This document shows positions 28,596-39,200 of a stretch of DNA of 64,000 nucleotides, piece by piece (within the stretch, counting starts at the first letter, position 1; each line of letters begins with the position of its first letter). The notes under the pieces are model-generated. The model saw only the letters and a program-made list of their open reading frames with translations, had not been told where the DNA came from and searched no databases. This DNA comes from Candidatus Bathyarchaeota archaeon. Lineage in GTDB: Archaea > Thermoproteota > Bathyarchaeia > Bathyarchaeales > Bathycorpusculaceae. Location of the stretch: NCBI GenBank assembly GCA_963702095.1, contig OY969706.1, positions 1,120,001 through 1,184,000 on the forward strand, in the 5' to 3' direction. A program made the translations under genes and the position numbers.

Positions 28596-29054
28596 GTGAG
28601 CAAAACCACACCGAGTGTAACCGCCATGAGTGCACCCCTAACTTTAAGCGCAGAATTCCGCAAAATCGTCGAATCCCAAATGACCCAGTTCCTCCACGGA
28701 GCCGAAGCAACCTTCAACCAAATCATCGAAAAACAGAAAATCACCCCCAAAGAACTCAAAAACGAAATCGAAAGCCTCCAGGAAACCTTCAACCTGCTCT
28801 TCCAAAGGTGGAGTCTCGAAATCCTCTACAGCCTCATCCTAAAAGACGCCATCGGCTTCGGAGAAATTAAAAGAATCCTAGGCGTAAACTCGCGGACGCT
28901 AAGTGACAAACTCAAGATGCTCCAATCCCATGGCTACATAACCCGAAACGTCACTGCTGGACCGCCGCTGCGCGTGGAGTACGCCTTAACGCCTAAGGGC
29001 AAGAATACTGTGCTGTTGGCGTTGCCGCTTCTCTACTACTCCAGCTCTGCCTAA
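28596..29054 (+). CDS. HxlR family winged-helix regulator
   Basis: RWSLEIL, FGEI, SRTLSDKLK, PPLRVEYALT. Confidence 0.9.
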   Translation: MSKTTPSVTAMSAPLTLSAEFRKIVESQMTQFLHGAEATFNQIIEKQKITPKELKNEIESLQETFNLLFQRWSLEILYSLILKDAIGFGEIKRILGVNSRTLSDKLKMLQSHGYITRNVTAGPPLRVEYALTPKGKNTVLLALPLLYYSSSA

Positions 29055-29558
29055 CAGTGGATCAAAAGATTTGTCTGCCCTGCTTGTAGAAATCGCTATA
29101 ACCAGTCCGCAATGTATGCCGACGCAGTCACAAAATAGCAGTTGCTCGGCAAGGAACCGCGCAAGACACCGTAAAGTTGTATGTAAATAACCCAAACGTA
29201 CTCCATTCGCTGACTCTGGGCGCTTATGATATGTTCTGGTACCCTAACCCCCCAATATCAACAGGTCTCTGGATTGACAACCCGAGTAATTACTACTGGA
29301 TTGATGTCAAAATTACCCAACAATAACCATTCAAGCGACAGAAGGCTGTCACTTTTTTAGATTTGACGACTCAACCTATGATGACTTTTGACAACAGCCA
29401 CAAACCTTTGTGGGCTAGAGGACCAATATTATAACTATTATTATAACGGTATTTTCATTCCATGTCTCACAGACACAACCATCATCGCCGTATATCAGCC
29501 GCCTTAAAAAACTATAACCTAAATGATCAACCAAGAGAGCTAAACTACCAAATGACGT

Positions 29559-29591
29559 TTAGTCAAAATAATTTGACGAAAAAACTTTTAT
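29559..29591 (+). promoter_or_regulatory. GTCAA-N6-TTGAC palindrome with BRE/TATA, no intact downstream gene
   Basis: TTAGTCAAAATAATTTGACGAAAAAACTTTTAT; same GTCAA to TTAT spacing as the 1-5 kb promoters. Confidence 0.55.
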
Positions 29592-29644
29592 TACCAGTTC
29601 GTGGTCACGACGTTGAGGACAATAATGCTTAAATTTCCGTTCTG

Positions 29645-29854
29645 TTATCCTTTCTTACTTGCATTCTGTATTAGCGTCATCCATTTGTTATCTCCTTCAA
29701 CTTTAATTCCGCATGCTTCGGCGGGTGTCTTGCCGTGTAGTGCCATGTGAGGGCGTACAAAATTGTAGTATGTCTGGAACCCTTCCAAGATTGGTGTTCG
29801 GCGCTTCTTTAATCCGCGCATTGTCTTTTCTCTATCCCTGATTTCACCGTTCAT
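29645..29854 (-). pseudogene. 3' remnant of IS6-like DDE transposase
   Basis: IRDREKTMRGLKKRRTPILEGFQTYYNFVRPHMAL.GKTPAEACG, nearly identical to the C-terminus of 41792..42940. Confidence 0.9.
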
Positions 29855-30025
29855 CCCTCTTTTATATAAAATAACGGGAACAAGACCAACTTCAATTAGG
29901 AAAAAGTATGTTACTATCGCCTTAGTGGCAGTGTCCCCTGCCATAGTGTTGCAGCCTCCGTTTTGGAACTAACTGGTGTAGGTTGCGTTGCTGACGCAGT
30001 AGGGCAATATCAAGTGGTGAGTTTT

Positions 30026-30448
30026 TTAGAAGGTTCTTTTTATGTTTGTTGCGTTGAATCCTTTATCGTTTGTTATTATTTCTTTGGCACCGGCTCTTAT
30101 TGCGACGGCTAGTTGTAGGGCGTCTTCGTAGTCGAGTTTGTTGTTATTCATCAATTCTGCCGCCGCTGAGAGGTCCTCAGGTTTTAGGGGTTCTATTGTT
30201 AAGCCTTTAATGTCAGTTAGGGAGTTTATGATTTGCTGTACGAAGATTTTGTTTTTTAGGTTTGTACCGGCTAATTTAGCCAATACGTAGAGTGCTTGAT
30301 AAAGCGTTAAGCTGGAAGTTACATATTCTCGGGGAGAAGAGTTGGCGATTCTTTGAATCCAATTATAGGCTGTTTCACCGAATAGGGGATGCTTGCCTAG
30401 CCAGTACACGAATACATTAACATCTACATAGTAGTGCGCTGTTTCCAC
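30026..30448 (-). CDS. PIN-domain (VapC) toxin
   Basis: YVDVNVFVY, LDYEDALQLA, IITNDKGF. Confidence 0.9.
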   Translation of the reverse strand: METAHYYVDVNVFVYWLGKHPLFGETAYNWIQRIANSSPREYVTSSLTLYQALYVLAKLAGTNLKNKIFVQQIINSLTDIKGLTIEPLKPEDLSAAAELMNNNKLDYEDALQLAVAIRAGAKEIITNDKGFNATNIKRTF

Positions 30449-30678
30449 CGCTTATGCATCTCCTCTTTCGCCAATTCATGGATGTCTTCTGGCCACTTTT
30501 CGACATGAACTATACCGTAGTACTTGTCGGCTATAGGCTCGGAGGCTTCTATGATTATGGTTTTTCCTTCCGCTTTTATGTTTACACAGCTTCCTTCGGC
30601 TAGCTGGGCTGCTTCGCGGATTTTTCGGGGAATTCTGATCCGCCCTTTTTCGTCGAGTTTTACGGTGGTCTCAACCAT
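30424..30678 (-). CDS. AbrB/MazE family antitoxin
   Basis: LDEKGRIRIPRKIRE. Confidence 0.9.
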   Translation of the reverse strand: MVETTVKLDEKGRIRIPRKIREAAQLAEGSCVNIKAEGKTIIIEASEPIADKYYGIVHVEKWPEDIHELAKEEMHKRWKQRTTM

Positions 30679-30851
30679 AATGCTTCCCACCATAAACCAT
30701 GTAGCCCACAGACTTAAGTTTTTCCCACAAAAAATCGAATTCCCACATGTTTGGGGATTGCGGGATGGAGGATATTGGAAATACCGTTAGGGTTTGTTTG
30801 TCCTGCTAGATTTATTTACATCCTCACGTAGAGGCGATTGAGGCATTATGA

Positions 30852-31076
30852 TTGAAATATTGGGTGAACATCGATAAACCAACGAAATGTTATCTGCATA
30901 CGGATTTGTGTCCTAGTGTTTTGAGGGAAGCAACTCCGTTGAAGGGCATAAACGAGGAGAAGGCGGGTGGTGGCTGGTACTCTTTTGATTCTAAGGAGGA
31001 AGCAACGGTTTTTCTTGCGGAAAAGTTTCCTGATAAGAGTCTTTTTGCTCATTATTGCGTTGAGTCGCATGCATGA
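30852..31076 (+). CDS. Small hypothetical Cys/His protein
   Basis: 74 aa; LHTDLC and HYC; RBS-like GAGG upstream. Confidence 0.55.
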   Translation: MKYWVNIDKPTKCYLHTDLCPSVLREATPLKGINEEKAGGGWYSFDSKEEATVFLAEKFPDKSLFAHYCVESHA

Positions 31077-31112
31077 GTTCCCCCAGCCATAGATAGGGAA
31101 CAGGGAACACCT

Positions 31113-31841
31113 GTGGGTAATGTTTTTGACGAGATGAGCGTTTACTGGGCGGAAATCGCCGACAAAGACCAAACCCAGCGCCAAATCCAATTCTTAAAAA
31201 CCCAGCTTCAACCCGGCACAAGGGTGCTGGATCTTGCCTGCGGAACAGGACGCCACTCGATCCCCTTAAGCATGGAGGAGTACGGCATGGTGGGCGTGGA
31301 TGCTTCGCCGAAACTGCTTCGAATCGCCAAGCAACGCTACCGTGCCCTCGACGTGGTTTTTGGGGATATGCGGCGTCTGCCCTTCAAAGCGGAGGCGTTC
31401 GGGGCGGTGGTGAGTGTGGATACGAGTTTGGGGTATCTGCCCTCTTTGGCTGACGACAGCAAAAGCGTAGCGGAAGCCCGCCGTGTGCTGTGTCGGGGCG
31501 GCGTTTTTGTGGTTGACGTCTTCAACGGGGAGGAACTAAAAACCAAATACCGCGGCGAATCCAAAGTGACAAAGTGGTTGGAGTACCCGAGTTTTTGGCT
31601 GCAACAGCAACGTTCAATCAGCGCCGATGGCGAACGCCTCCATGACTTGTGGACAATCCAGCCGAAGTCTGGTGGAGAAGCGGTTTCTTTTGAGCATTCC
31701 GTGCGCCTCTACGGCAAAGAGGAGTTGCAAGTGCTGCTGGAAAACGCTGGGTTCACCGTCGAATGCGTGTTTGGCGATTATGAACGGCAAGCTTTTAGCT
31801 CAGAGACCCCTCGGCTCATCATGAGGGCAAATGCTAAATAG
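31113..31841 (+). CDS. Class I SAM-dependent methyltransferase
   Basis: VLDLACGTGRH, GVDAS, GDMRRLPF. Confidence 0.9.
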   Translation: MGNVFDEMSVYWAEIADKDQTQRQIQFLKTQLQPGTRVLDLACGTGRHSIPLSMEEYGMVGVDASPKLLRIAKQRYRALDVVFGDMRRLPFKAEAFGAVVSVDTSLGYLPSLADDSKSVAEARRVLCRGGVFVVDVFNGEELKTKYRGESKVTKWLEYPSFWLQQQRSISADGERLHDLWTIQPKSGGEAVSFEHSVRLYGKEELQVLLENAGFTVECVFGDYERQAFSSETPRLIMRANAK

Positions 31842-31924
31842 CCTGTTTTATCATATTTCAGGGTTGGTTGGGCTGTGTTATCGCATAAAAGTTATAAGCC
31901 GCCCAAAATTAAAAGAGTGAATAG

Positions 31925-32920
31925 GTGACTTTCATGAATGCTTGGAAGCTTCGTTTTTCCATGGTTGCCACTTTAGCAGCCATCTTTGGTTTAACTACAC
32001 TGGTTTTCTCAGCTGTACTACTATGGGTTGGATACTTCTCCATTTTAACCGTCGGCATCTTAGTCGTCGTGCTTAACGTGGCTCAGTGGCTCCTCTCACC
32101 CTACCTGGTAGGCGCCATGTACCGTGTAAAAGCATTAAAAGACGGCGAAAACCCCAAGCTGCAAGCGATGGTTGCCGACTTAAGCAAGAAAAGCGGCATC
32201 AAAGCACCCCAAATCATGCTCTCGCAGATTCCACTGCCTAACGCCTTCGCGTATGGTTCACCCTTAACAGGCAGCAGAGTCGCCGTCACAGAAGGTTTAC
32301 TCAAAAACTTAAACGACGGCGAAGTCGAAGCCGTCGTCGGACATGAACTCGGACACTTAAAACACCGCGACGTACAGGTCATGATGGTTGTCTCTTTCCT
32401 GCCCGCACTGTTCTACTATATCGGTTGGACAATGATGTGGTCAGGCATGTTGGGCGGAGACCGCAGACAAGGCGGCGGTGGCAACAACGCCTTAATCGGC
32501 ATCGCTTTCATGGCGTTCAGCTGGGTGCTGACGCTTTTCACCCTCTACCTCAGCCGCCTACGTGAGTACTATGCTGATCGCCACAGCGCATCCATCGTTG
32601 AAAACGGCGCAGCCAAACTCTCCACGGGCTTAGTCACCATCGTGGAAGAAAGCAAACGCGGCAGCCACCCAAACAAACAACAACAATCTAAAAGCAACAA
32701 CGCCTACAAAGCACTCTTCATATCTGACCCTGACCGCGCAGCCGTTGACTCCGCAGAACTCCACGCAAACAACGTAACCAAAGAAGACCTGCTAAGACAG
32801 AAACTCTCGCAGAAGCCAACCTCCGCCGACGCATTCGTCGAAATCTTCTCCACACACCCGAACATAATCAAACGCCTAAAAGCACTGCAGGAACTGCAGC
32901 AGAACCCATCCTACTACTAA
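31925..32920 (+). CDS. htpX: Zinc metalloprotease HtpX (M48)
   Basis: PNAFAYG, HELGH, SRLREYYAD, FSTHP. Confidence 0.93.
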   Translation: MTFMNAWKLRFSMVATLAAIFGLTTLVFSAVLLWVGYFSILTVGILVVVLNVAQWLLSPYLVGAMYRVKALKDGENPKLQAMVADLSKKSGIKAPQIMLSQIPLPNAFAYGSPLTGSRVAVTEGLLKNLNDGEVEAVVGHELGHLKHRDVQVMMVVSFLPALFYYIGWTMMWSGMLGGDRRQGGGGNNALIGIAFMAFSWVLTLFTLYLSRLREYYADRHSASIVENGAAKLSTGLVTIVEESKRGSHPNKQQQSKSNNAYKALFISDPDRAAVDSAELHANNVTKEDLLRQKLSQKPTSADAFVEIFSTHPNIIKRLKALQELQQNPSYY

Positions 32921-33531
32921 AAGTAGCTGTTCCCATCCACTAAGAAGGGGTTAACCTTTTTTTCTTCGCCCAGCACTGTAGCTTCTCCGTGACCGGGATA
33001 CACCACCAAGTTGTCAGGTAACTGCTTGATTTTCTGCAGTGAACGTTTCATGTCGCTGGGCGAGCCTTCAGCGAAGTCTGTTCTGCCGATGCTATAGGCG
33101 AAGAGGGTGTCGCCACTAAACATGACTTCTCCATCGAGGAGGCATATGCTGCCGGGGGTGTGGCCGGGAGTATGGAGCACGTTTAGGATTTCTGCACCGA
33201 ATTTGATTTGATTGCCATCCTGTAGCATGACGTTGCCTGATGCGTTGTCTTCTAGGAACACAGCGTCTAAGTTGTGTATGCAGAGGGGTACGCCGTATTT
33301 TTGTTGCAGGAGGCGGTTGCCTTTGGTGTGGTCGTCGTGTCCATGGGTGTTAACGACGTATTTCATTTTGAGTTTGGCTTGTTCGATGTAGTTGATGATG
33401 GGTTGGGCTTCGCCGCTGAAGTCGAATCCCGGGTCGATTATGATGGCTTCCCCGCTTTGTGGGTCGCTGGCGACATAGCAGTTGGTTTGCAACATGCCCA
33501 CCGTGAAAGTTTCTATTTGCATAGCAATCAC
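32917..33531 (-). CDS. MBL-fold metallo-hydrolase
   Basis: THGHDDH, HTPGHTPG, GDTLF, PGHG. Confidence 0.93.
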   Translation of the reverse strand: MIAMQIETFTVGMLQTNCYVASDPQSGEAIIIDPGFDFSGEAQPIINYIEQAKLKMKYVVNTHGHDDHTKGNRLLQQKYGVPLCIHNLDAVFLEDNASGNVMLQDGNQIKFGAEILNVLHTPGHTPGSICLLDGEVMFSGDTLFAYSIGRTDFAEGSPSDMKRSLQKIKQLPDNLVVYPGHGEATVLGEEKKVNPFLVDGNSYF

Positions 33532-33650
33532 CAGTTAAGGCGCAGTTAGAACAAATAAAGCGTTTCCCTTAGCATAGAAAACAACAATTCCTACGTTTAA
33601 CAAGTTGGATTTTGTTCTTTAGATTTCCTTTCACAGCTCATCAATATCTG

Positions 33651-33777
33651 CTTGTGGATTGCTCCACAATCAACCTGCAATATGCCGCAACGCCTGAACC
33701 CAAAAAACAATTGTCCACCAAACCCGCAAGAAGAAGATAAGTAAGGACAACAATCTCTTCTTCTTAAACTAGAAAAA
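33651..33777 (+). repeat. Repeat family A, copy 3
   Basis: CTTGTGGATTGCTCCACAATCAACCTGCAA...TCTCTTCTTCTTAAACTAGAAAAA. Confidence 0.78.
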
Positions 33778-33871
33778 TAGTCACCTAATAATTGGTGCTC
33801 TTCAACAATCCGCTAAGGATTCAGCCATAATCAAAATTAAAGGCGTGGGTAAACTAAAAAATAGTAAACAG

Positions 33872-34117
33872 TTATGCGTCGAAGCCCTGTTGGAAACCGG
33901 TAAGCTTCAAAGTGCACCCGCATTTGCCACAGGTGATAACTAACTCGGCGAGTTCGTCGTTAACAACTTTTGTGTCTATGATTTGGTAGTTTTCTTCTGT
34001 TTCGTCGTCAGGTGAAATGGAGGTGCCGCATTGGGGACATGGGAAGGACCCGTCGCCCTCGATACTTGCCAAGTTTATGACATGCTCGCACTTCTTTTCT
34101 AGCTTTTTCATCATCAT
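33872..34117 (-). CDS. Small zinc-finger protein
   Basis: FPCPQCG..ISPDDETE..CGKCG. Confidence 0.75.
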   Translation of the reverse strand: MMMKKLEKKCEHVINLASIEGDGSFPCPQCGTSISPDDETEENYQIIDTKVVNDELAELVITCGKCGCTLKLTGFQQGFDA

Positions 34118-34265
34118 ACTTCCTGCACTTCTTTTTAGGTGGTTGATTTCAATTTGGGTTTTTCATTAATTAACCATTATGAATTACTAGTCAGTAAACG
34201 GCGATTGCTTAAAAAGTTCACCCAAAAAAGGTGAGAAAACTGGATGGTTTTTTCCCAATTTTATC

Positions 34266-36161
34266 TTAAGCTCCTGTTTCAGCCTCGAAGCACTCAGGGG
34301 AAATGTAGTCGCCGAATTTCTCTTTCGCTTCGATTAGGCGTTGGCGTTGCAGGTAGAGTAAACCGAAGAGTTCCAGCGGGGTGTCAGTGACGTTTCCTTG
34401 ATAGAATTGTTGCACACGCTCGATTTTGGATAGGTTTTCTGGTACGCGGATGGTGAATTGTTTGATATAGTCTTCTTTGGCGTAGTCTTTGTTGAGGACT
34501 TGTTTGAACAATTTTTTGAGGTCATCGTATTTGGGTATGTAGCCTGTGGGTGTCTTTAAGGCACCTACCTCGTTGTGCACACGGAGTTCCATCCATTTTA
34601 CCCAGACGTGTTTGTCATGTGGGCTGTTGAGGTATTTGCCGTTGCCTATTTCTTTGAGGAAATAGTTTACGCCGAAGATTAACGGTTGCTTTTTGAGTTT
34701 AGCGCCAAAGTCTAGGTTGTTCTGTACGTTTCTGCCCAGTGGAATGCTTATGAAGTCTTGGATGCTCATCATGTTGATTTCTGGGACGCCTTCTTTGCCG
34801 ATGGTGGCAAACGTAGTTTCGGTTTCCAAGGAAGCACCGTAGGCGATGATGCCGTGTTCCCAGCTGAAGCTCTGCTGCACAGGCACATATGCTTTGGCGT
34901 CGCGTCCGCCATACATGATGCCGCCGAGTTCGACGCCATTGGGGTCGTTGAGTTCGGAATCAACGTTCTCCAGTGCCTTAAGTGCTACTGCATAGCGTGC
35001 GTTTTTGTTTGCTGCTGGGATGTCGTTGCCCGCTTCGTCTTTTTTGCCTTCATACCATGCGCCGGTGTAGTTGCAGCCGTCTTTGGGCAACTCTTCGCCC
35101 ATGCCAAGCCAGTAGGGTCTGCCGTCTTTGACTAGGATGTTGCTGAAGATGATTTCTCCGGGGGTAGTGAGGACTTTCCAGATTAAGGCGTCGTCTTTGG
35201 CTTTAACGTCTTGGATGATGCCGAAGATGCCTGATTCCACGTTGACTGCACGTGCGGCTGAGCCGATGTCTCGTATGTAGGCAATGTCGTCGCCAAGGAT
35301 GGTTTCGCCAGGTAACATTGCGGTTGAGGTTTTGCCGCATGCGCTCGGGAAGGCACCTGCAAAGTAGGTTTTACGGTCTTTAGGTCCAAACACGCCCATA
35401 AGCAGCATGTGCTCTGCTAGCCAGCCTTCGCTGCTTGCTTTGCGTATGGCTAAGCGGAAGGCAAGTTTCTTGAAGCCCACGCTGTTGCCAGCGTATTGGG
35501 TGTTGACGCTGTAGATAGTTTCATCCATGTGGTCGATGTAGATGCGTTTTTTGTTGTAGTCAACGCTGACCATGTCACTGTTGAGTTTTCCAGCTGAGTG
35601 GAGCACTTTTAGAAATTCTGTTTTGTTTCCTGCTTTCACAAACTGGTCAAAACCCGATCTGTAGAGCAGGGATTCTGAGTGAGCAACATACCATGAATCG
35701 GTACATTGAAGGCCAAGAATGGTGAAAACTGAGTCAGCTGGACCAAGCGATATGAAGCGGACAATCATGGTTTTGCCGATCATGCTGTTACGCAGCAACC
35801 CCATGACTTCAAGGAGTCCTTCTTGGCGATCCATCTGGTTTAACGCTTTGCTCAAGGTGGAGCCTTTAGCAACAAGGTATTTGGTTGCTTGTCGGTCCCG
35901 TCCTTGGTCTTGTTCGCCGTCAAAGTGAACGGTGTGCCCTTCTACGTCTAAAATGGCTGATTCTTCGCCGCTACTAACCGCCATTTTTCGAACGTGCTCG
36001 ATGTCTTCGGCGCTGTCGCTGCAGATGAAGATGTTTTCTGGGTGACAGAGGTCGCTTTCTTTGGCGATGAATTCGTGTACGTTGGGGTTGTCGATGGCGC
36101 TTAATTTTTTGAAGTCTTCAACGCTTAGTTTGGGGTGGAGTGCTTCTAGGTATGGATTCAT
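34266..36161 (-). CDS. pckG: GTP-dependent phosphoenolpyruvate carboxykinase
   Basis: YAGNSVGFKK, WLAEHM, AFPSACGKTSTAM, GDDIAY. Confidence 0.95.
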   Translation of the reverse strand: MNPYLEALHPKLSVEDFKKLSAIDNPNVHEFIAKESDLCHPENIFICSDSAEDIEHVRKMAVSSGEESAILDVEGHTVHFDGEQDQGRDRQATKYLVAKGSTLSKALNQMDRQEGLLEVMGLLRNSMIGKTMIVRFISLGPADSVFTILGLQCTDSWYVAHSESLLYRSGFDQFVKAGNKTEFLKVLHSAGKLNSDMVSVDYNKKRIYIDHMDETIYSVNTQYAGNSVGFKKLAFRLAIRKASSEGWLAEHMLLMGVFGPKDRKTYFAGAFPSACGKTSTAMLPGETILGDDIAYIRDIGSAARAVNVESGIFGIIQDVKAKDDALIWKVLTTPGEIIFSNILVKDGRPYWLGMGEELPKDGCNYTGAWYEGKKDEAGNDIPAANKNARYAVALKALENVDSELNDPNGVELGGIMYGGRDAKAYVPVQQSFSWEHGIIAYGASLETETTFATIGKEGVPEINMMSIQDFISIPLGRNVQNNLDFGAKLKKQPLIFGVNYFLKEIGNGKYLNSPHDKHVWVKWMELRVHNEVGALKTPTGYIPKYDDLKKLFKQVLNKDYAKEDYIKQFTIRVPENLSKIERVQQFYQGNVTDTPLELFGLLYLQRQRLIEAKEKFGDYISPECFEAETGA

Positions 36162-36179
36162 GGGTTAGGTTCAGTCCAT

Positions 36180-37157
36180 TTAGAGTTCATTAACGTTTCC
36201 AGGTACTCTTGGGAAAGGTTGACATTCCGCGATGTGCTTGACGCCTGCGAGCCATCCGACTAAGCGTTCAAGGCCTATGCCTGCGCCCGCGGTGGGTTTT
36301 AATCTGCCTTCCTTTGCCATTTTGAGGATGAGGGCGTAGTTCTCTTTCTTGACTTGGTCGCGCTCGATTTTCTCGAGGATCTTGGTGTATTCGTATTCGC
36401 GTTTGGCGCCTGAGAGAACTTCGCCGAACTGCGGCAAAAACAAGTCATAGTTGTCCCATTTGCCGGTTTTGAAGTCCTCAAAATCGTAGAATTCTCGAGG
36501 AATGTTTGTTACCCAGACAGGTTCGGTTGTTTCTTCGGCGATGCCTGCTTCCCAACCGTCTGCACCGTATTTGTCTTCTAAGTCGGCGCGGTCAACGATT
36601 TTGAAGGGTGCCTTCGGAGCTTGGAGAGTGTCACAACGGCAAAGCGAGGTGAGTTCACCGTTCATGTCTTTCTTTAAGTCTTTAACAAGCGTGCAGATGG
36701 CTTCTTCAACGAGTGCGAAGACGTCTTTGGAGCCTGAGTCACGCATTTCAAAGTCTAGTTGGGTGAATTCATAGATGTGTTTGCCTGTTTTGGCGCGTTC
36801 GCCTTTTTCGATGCGAATGTTTGGCGAGACTATGAATAGTTTTGGATATGCGGTGGATGCCGCGACGAGTTTATGGATAATCATGCTTGACATGGTGCGG
36901 ACGGGTTTGCCGTAGATGTCAACTTCGATGCGTTTCTCTATGGATGCGCCTGGGTCAGGCCACAAGGGATCGGTGCTTTGGCTTAATGCGACTGGAAGGA
37001 GCCATTGGAAGCCTTTATTGATGTAGGTGTTGGTGAGGCTTCGAAGTGTGTAAGTCATGACTTTGCCTATGCAGGCTTTGCGTTGGATTTCGGTTTCCGT
37101 CAGTTGGTCTAACGGCTTGGGGATTTCGATTAATTCTTGTTTCGGCATACTGATCAC
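36180..37157 (-). CDS. Archaeal asparagine synthetase (AsnRS catalytic-core paralog)
   Basis: TDPLWPDP, SMIIHK, SPNIRIE, EFTQLDFE, GEVLSGAKRE, GAGIGLERL; no anticodon-binding domain. Confidence 0.88.
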   Translation of the reverse strand: MISMPKQELIEIPKPLDQLTETEIQRKACIGKVMTYTLRSLTNTYINKGFQWLLPVALSQSTDPLWPDPGASIEKRIEVDIYGKPVRTMSSMIIHKLVAASTAYPKLFIVSPNIRIEKGERAKTGKHIYEFTQLDFEMRDSGSKDVFALVEEAICTLVKDLKKDMNGELTSLCRCDTLQAPKAPFKIVDRADLEDKYGADGWEAGIAEETTEPVWVTNIPREFYDFEDFKTGKWDNYDLFLPQFGEVLSGAKREYEYTKILEKIERDQVKKENYALILKMAKEGRLKPTAGAGIGLERLVGWLAGVKHIAECQPFPRVPGNVNEL

Positions 37158-37270
37158 TACCGGGTTTGTGTTATCGGTAGGGGGCGGCAGGTAATAAATT
37201 TTTTATATGAAAACATGCAATATTTACAATAACTACAAGCTTTTATACCTCAAACGTGTAATATTTACAT

Positions 37271-37774
37271 ATGAGCTTTAAACTAGACGAGAAAGACCTC
37301 GCCATCTTAACCCTCATCCAAGAAAACAGCAAACTCACCGCCAACCAAATCGCCAAAAAAATCGGCGCCCCAATAACCACCGTCTTCGCCAAAACCAAAC
37401 GCATGGAAGAACTCGGCATCATAAAACAGTACCGCGCCATCCTCTCAGCAGAAAAACTCAACCTAGGCACCGCCGCCTTCATCTTAGCCGCCGTATCCTA
37501 CCGCAGCAAAGACGACGCCCCCATCACCCAGCGCAGCGTCGCAGAAGAAATCGCCCATTTCCCCGAGGTGCAGGAAGTCCACATAATCACAGGCGATTGG
37601 GACCTCTTGGTGAAGCTCCGCGCGGAAAACGTGGAAGCCATTGGAAAATTCGTCGTCGACAAACTCCGCAACATCAAAGGCTTAGAGAAAACCCTAACAT
37701 GCATGGTGTTTGAAACCGTGAAAGAAAGCACCAGCATACCCCAAACGCTAAAGCGACCCCAGCCTAAACCATAG
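37271..37774 (+). CDS. Lrp/AsnC family regulator
   Basis: LDEKDLAIL HTH; EVHIITGDWD; divergent from Asn synthetase. Confidence 0.93.
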   Translation: MSFKLDEKDLAILTLIQENSKLTANQIAKKIGAPITTVFAKTKRMEELGIIKQYRAILSAEKLNLGTAAFILAAVSYRSKDDAPITQRSVAEEIAHFPEVQEVHIITGDWDLLVKLRAENVEAIGKFVVDKLRNIKGLEKTLTCMVFETVKESTSIPQTLKRPQPKP

Positions 37775-37809
37775 TTAACAGTTGATCAAAATTCGGGTTG
37801 GTTTGCCTT

Positions 37810-39200
37810 TTAACCTGGACGATGCTTTCTGAAGTAAAAAACTAAGGCTACAGCGACGACTATTGCAGCTGCGGTTGCTAACACCGCTACAATAATTACT
37901 GCCGCAAAGGGCTCAATGCACTCTTTGGAGGAAACTGCCACCGTGAAGTTGATTGTCTGTGAAGTAGCCATGTTGCCGAAGGTGTCGTTGGCGTAGATTG
38001 TTATACTGTGCTGACCGTTTGCGACGTTGTCGATTGTGCTGTTACCGTATATCGTTACTGTGGGGTGTCCATCCAAACTGTAGCCCATCCAGCTAGCCGT
38101 CCTATCGACAGAAAAAACAAAGGGCACAATAGATTCGTTGTAGGTTTGATTCATGGCCAATAAAAGTGAAACTTTCGGGGGAACGGTACCGTAGCCGAGG
38201 GGTATATACTGCTCGTTAATCGCAGACGGAGTAACCGTAGACGGGCCCGTCTCTGAAGGATACTGATAATCGACTCTTTGGCCGCCAATCACATATACTA
38301 TATCGTTTACTACACCCACACCAAACCTGTCTCGATTAGAAAGCATAGATGCACCGGCTACCCATGTATTGTCCTCTGGGTGGTAGATTTTGGTTGTTGA
38401 ACCGAAAATGTAAATTCGTTGTGGCGCAAAGATGCCTAAAGTTGCCGCCGCTGCAATGCCCCCCAGACTAGCCTGCGGTTGAGGAGTTAGTGCATTCCAC
38501 AGATTATTTTGGGGGTTATAAATTTCTACGTTTCTGCCCATTTCATATATACGGTCATCAAAAACTGTAGATATGTACATGTACTTTGGTGACTCTGGCA
38601 TGGACGATTCGGTAGACCACGAGTCTGTTGCTGGATCGTAAACTTGATTTATATTGCCTTGTGGGGTGCCGCCTACCAAGTAAATTTTGCCGTTAACAAC
38701 ATTAGCCTCAGCGCCCACTCTCGGCAGGGGCACTTGCGCTTTGGTTTCCCAGATATTTGCCTCTGGGTTGTAAACTTCATTTACAGGTGATAAGATTAAA
38801 CCATTGTCTCCGTTGGGAGGTTGGAAATTTGATGCTCCACCGATGCAGTAGATCTTGCCCTGATAGGCTGCTATAGCGAAACCATACCTAGGGGTTGGCA
38901 TTGGAGCTCTCAAACTCCAGTTATCAGTAACAGGGTCATACGCCTCGTTTGTGCCTTTAATCCAGCCGCTGGCTTTATAGTCAGCGCCAACAACATTAGG
39001 AGTATCTCCGCTTTCGTTTTTCCCTCATATAGCAAAAATTCTTCCATCCACCACAGCAACGCCTAAGTCGCTTCTAGCCTCATGCATCGGTGCCCTTGTA
39101 ACCCATGAGTCTTCAATAACTTTATCACAGGAAATAGGTTTAGCAATTGTAAGTAACGTTAAAAGGAGTAGAACAACAAGCAATAAACATGAGTATTTAT
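37810..39200 (-). pseudogene. Kelch-repeat surface protein with premature stop
   Basis: Signal-like NKYSCLLLVVLLLL, first Kelch repeat ends IFAI*G (TGA at 39027-39025 in place of Gly), in frame with 37810..38913; Ig-like domain and TM + FRKH. Confidence 0.75.
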
